This document shows, in pieces, positions 16,061 to 18,724 of a stretch of DNA of 18,724 nt. Where the stretch lies: NCBI GenBank assembly GCA_034408725.1, contig JAWXCN010000020.1, forward strand, positions 1-18,724, written 5' to 3'. The translations under genes were made by a program, and so were the position numbers. The DNA comes from Candidatus Hydrogenedentota bacterium. GTDB lineage: Bacteria; Hydrogenedentota; Hydrogenedentia; Hydrogenedentales; SLHB01. Within the stretch, counting starts at the first letter, position 1. Every line of letters begins with the position of its first letter. The notes below the pieces were generated by a model. That model saw nothing but the letters and a program-made list of their open reading frames with translations, was not told where the DNA came from and ran no database searches.

Positions 16061-16570
16061 ATGCCTTTGTCAGAAACAGCCTCGACTTTCCTCGGCATCC
16101 TCGCATGCTGCGGCATCCTTGCGGCCTTCGCCTATCAGCGCAGGCGCTTTCACGGCATTTGGGAGCGCGGCCTGAAAGCCTATGAAGACCGCCGCTTCGA
16201 CGCCGCCGTATCGGCGTTTCAACGTATCGTGAAAAAGGATCCGGGACTTGCCGTTGCGCGGCGAATGCTGGGACGCAGTTTGATTTCAACCGGTGCATTC
16301 GAGCAGGCGGAGGAACATCTTCAATTTGCGCTGCAACTTGAACCGCGTAATGCGCACGCGCGCGTCGACATGGCGTCGCTGCTTGCATTGACCGCGCCGG
16401 AGCGCCAGGAACTCGCGATCGATTTCATCGAGGAGGCGATTGCGCTGGAACCTGAATTGAAGGCTGAAGTCGTGGGATTGGAGCAACTCCGTTCCTTGCG
16501 TGGTAATCGCCGGTTCAGGGAACTTGCCGGAATTCCGGAACCGGATATTGAGCCCGCGCGGTTGAATTAG
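16061..16570 (+). CDS. Membrane-anchored tetratricopeptide repeat protein
   Basis: N-terminal TM; TPR patterns GLKAYEDRRFDAAVSAF...DP and LGRSL...FEQAEEHLQFALQLEP. Confidence 0.82.
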   Translation: MPLSETASTFLGILACCGILAAFAYQRRRFHGIWERGLKAYEDRRFDAAVSAFQRIVKKDPGLAVARRMLGRSLISTGAFEQAEEHLQFALQLEPRNAHARVDMASLLALTAPERQELAIDFIEEAIALEPELKAEVVGLEQLRSLRGNRRFRELAGIPEPDIEPARLN

Positions 16571-16594
16571 TTGAGTCGGCGATGCGCGTGGATC

Positions 16595-16638
16595 GGGGAC
16601 AGTCGCCGCATCCAAAACGCAATGCGGTGACAGTCCCC
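16595..16638. terminator. Inverted repeat between convergent genes (REP-like or bidirectional terminator)
   Basis: GGGGACAGTCGCCGCAT-N10-ATGCGGTGACAGTCCCC, 15/17 Watson-Crick pairs. Confidence 0.7.
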
Positions 16639-17567
16639 TATGCGTGGGGATGTGCTTTTTTATATACCTCGCGGAGGCGTTCGATGCTTACGTGGGTGTA
16701 GATTTGGGTGCTCGAAAGGCTCTCGTGGCCGAGTAGTTCCTGCACGACGCGGAGGTCGGCGCCGGCGTCCAGCATGTGCGTTGCGAAGGTGTGGCGCAGC
16801 GTGTGTGGCGAAACGTCTTTCAGTAGAGGCAGTGCTTTCCGCGCGTGTTGGTCGATGATGCGCTGAATGCTGCGGGTCGTGAGCGGACCGCCACGCGCGT
16901 TGACGAACAGCCGATCATGATCGGGATTGCCGAGGGAATGGCGCGCGCGCAGATAGTTTTCAATTGCCTTGCGCGCGCAACTGCCGAGATACGCGATGCG
17001 TTCCTTGTTGCGTTTGCCGAGCACGGTCATCAGCCCGCCATTGAGGTCGATGGTCCCGAGTCGCAATCCCGCGCATTCGGCCGCGCGGATGCCGCTTGAA
17101 TACAGCGTTTCCATTACGGCGCGATCTCGCAAGCCCAGCGGCGTGCCGCAGTCCACTGCATCAAGCAATGCTGTCACCTCCGGAATGCTCAGCACGCCGG
17201 GAAGCTCCCGCGAGAGCTTTGGCGAGCGGACGGCTTCCGCGGGATTTGTCGCCACTGCACCGGTGCGCGTGAATAGCCGATATGCCGCGCGGATTGACGC
17301 GAGTTTTCGCGCCGACGTGCGGGACGTTCCGCCCGCCGTTTGCACGTGGGCAAGGAACGCACGCACATCATTGCGTTGTGCGCGACGCAACGCCTCCAAC
17401 GACGCTGGCGGCCGTTCCTCCGGCGCGCGGGAAAAGGAGTCAGGTCCACTCGTCACGTAATCGCAGAATTGCTCGAGGTCTTTCACATACGCGCGCACGG
17501 TGTGAATCGAAAAACCGCGTTCAGCGGAAAGGTGGTTTTCGAAAGCGGTGGTGGCGGAGCCGTCCAT
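16638..17567 (-). CDS. xerC: Tyrosine recombinase XerC
   Basis: ERGFSIHTVRAYVKDL, ARKLASIR, RDRAVMETLYSSGIR, GKRNKER, SPHTLRHTFATHMLDAGADLRVVQELLGHESLSSTQIYTHV...YKKAHPHA. Start 17567 (ORF open from 17585). Confidence 0.9.
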   Translation of the reverse strand: MDGSATTAFENHLSAERGFSIHTVRAYVKDLEQFCDYVTSGPDSFSRAPEERPPASLEALRRAQRNDVRAFLAHVQTAGGTSRTSARKLASIRAAYRLFTRTGAVATNPAEAVRSPKLSRELPGVLSIPEVTALLDAVDCGTPLGLRDRAVMETLYSSGIRAAECAGLRLGTIDLNGGLMTVLGKRNKERIAYLGSCARKAIENYLRARHSLGNPDHDRLFVNARGGPLTTRSIQRIIDQHARKALPLLKDVSPHTLRHTFATHMLDAGADLRVVQELLGHESLSSTQIYTHVSIERLREVYKKAHPHA

Positions 17568-17632
17568 ACACGGGAATCTACGCAAACGCTAGATATTTCG
17601 CAAGTGACCTGTATGGATTGCGGCAGCAGTCC

Positions 17633-18724
17633 CTACGGCGCCAACAGACGGTGGGCTTGCATTGCGGATTCAGCGGCGGTGCCGGCTGACCTGGCGTTTT
17701 GGATCAGCACGTGGCCCATCTTGCGTCGGGGCGAGTTGGCGGCTTTGCCATAGAGAAAGAGCCGCGCTTCGGGAAGTGCGTCGAACATGGCGCGCCAATC
17801 GGGTTCTCCGCGTTGCCAAATGTCGCCGAGGAGATTGAGCATTGCCGTTGGGGTTTGCAACGATGCATCTCCAAGCGGCACGCCGCAGACCGCGCGCAAG
17901 TGCTGTTCGAACTGCGACGTCGCGCACGCGCCAAAGGTGTAGTGGCCGCTGTTATGCACGCGCGGAGCAACTTCGTTGATGAGCACGTCACCGTTCTCAA
18001 CAAACATTTCGACGGCCATCACGCCGCAATAATTCAATGCATGCGCGACGCCCGACGCAATGTCAATCGCGCGTTCCTGAATCGCGACCGGTATTCGCGC
18101 AGGCGCAATCGTAAGAAAGAGAATGTGGTCACGGTGTTCATTCTCGGCCACGGGAAACGCGCGGATTTCTCCGGAGTCATTTCGCGCGAGCACGACCGAT
18201 ATTTCACGGTCGAATGGAACAAACCGTTCGAGTATGGCGCTGCCCCCGCCGATAGAATTCCAAGCTGCGCGCAAGCCCTCTGCGCTGTCTACGCGGGCCT
18301 GGTTCTTTCCGTCATATCCGCCGCGCGCGCTTTTGAGAATCGCGGGAAAACCTACCGCGGCGGCCGCGCCATTCAAATCCTCGCCATTCTCGATCGTTGC
18401 AAACGCCGGCTGCGGAAAACCTTTATCGCGCAGGAAGCCGCGTTGCACGGCGCGATCCTGAATCACGCGCAGCACCTGTGATGCCGGGCGCACGCGAAAT
18501 TCACGTTCCAGTTCATCGAGAACATGATGGGGGACACGCTCGAACTCGAACGTGACGACGTCCGCGAGTGAAGCGAGTTTGCGCGCGGCCCCTAAATCGT
18601 CGAACGATGCCGTAATGAGGTGGTCCGCGATGCGGCATGCGGAACAATCTCGCGCGGGATCGAGCACTACGGTGCGATAGCCCATGCGTTGGGCCTCGAG
18701 GCACAACATCCATCCCAATTGCCC
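17633..18724 (-). CDS. purK: N5-carboxyaminoimidazole ribonucleotide synthase (5' end beyond right edge)
   Basis: GQLGWM at the window edge; DVVTFEFE, GGYDGKNQ, NEVAPRVHNSGHYT, TSQFEQHLRA and LYGK...RRKMGH. Confidence 0.95.
   Translation of the reverse strand, partial: GQLGWMLCLEAQRMGYRTVVLDPARDCSACRIADHLITASFDDLGAARKLASLADVVTFEFERVPHHVLDELEREFRVRPASQVLRVIQDRAVQRGFLRDKGFPQPAFATIENGEDLNGAAAAVGFPAILKSARGGYDGKNQARVDSAEGLRAAWNSIGGGSAILERFVPFDREISVVLARNDSGEIRAFPVAENEHRDHILFLTIAPARIPVAIQERAIDIASGVAHALNYCGVMAVEMFVENGDVLINEVAPRVHNSGHYTFGACATSQFEQHLRAVCGVPLGDASLQTPTAMLNLLGDIWQRGEPDWRAMFDALPEARLFLYGKAANSPRRKMGHVLIQNARSAGTAAESAMQAHRLLAP

Noticed and set aside
11326..18481. Long antisense or alternate-frame ORFs (e.g. 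11326-12183 -, 17699-18481 +)
   Set aside because: These are shadow ORFs opposite well-supported genes in GC-rich DNA, with no recognisable motifs.
1..18724. CRISPR array, tRNA or rRNA genes
   Set aside because: No regularly spaced repeats or recognisable tRNA/rRNA sequence was seen.

Overview
GC-rich bacterial chromosomal segment. A DUF1559-like protein suggests a Hydrogenedentes/PVC-like host (inference). Core genes: a Tat-exported xanthine-oxidase-family molybdoenzyme operon (- strand, cut by the left edge) with divergent xdhC-mocA, a BNR/Asp-box sialidase-like protein, a Tat-exported flavin amine oxidase, an Uup-type ABC-F ATPase, a Zn-ribbon protein, a secreted esterase, a DUF1559-like membrane protein, an SPFH/GYF_2 protein, a TPR protein, xerC and purK (cut by the right edge). 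Three small accessory patches are interspersed. (i) 1.2-2.45 kb: hairpins, two toxin-less micro-ORFs resembling ParD C-termini, and a secreted helical protein. (ii) 4.24-5.8 kb: an internally deleted IS1380, a small membrane protein, hicB with a broken hicA, and a DUF4926 relic. (iii) 14.8-16.0 kb: two tandem parDE modules, one with a broken toxin. The best candidates for something new are a structured, RBS-sequestering 5' leader on the molybdoenzyme operon (possible riboswitch) and a local excess of antitoxin-like genes over intact toxins (five versus one).
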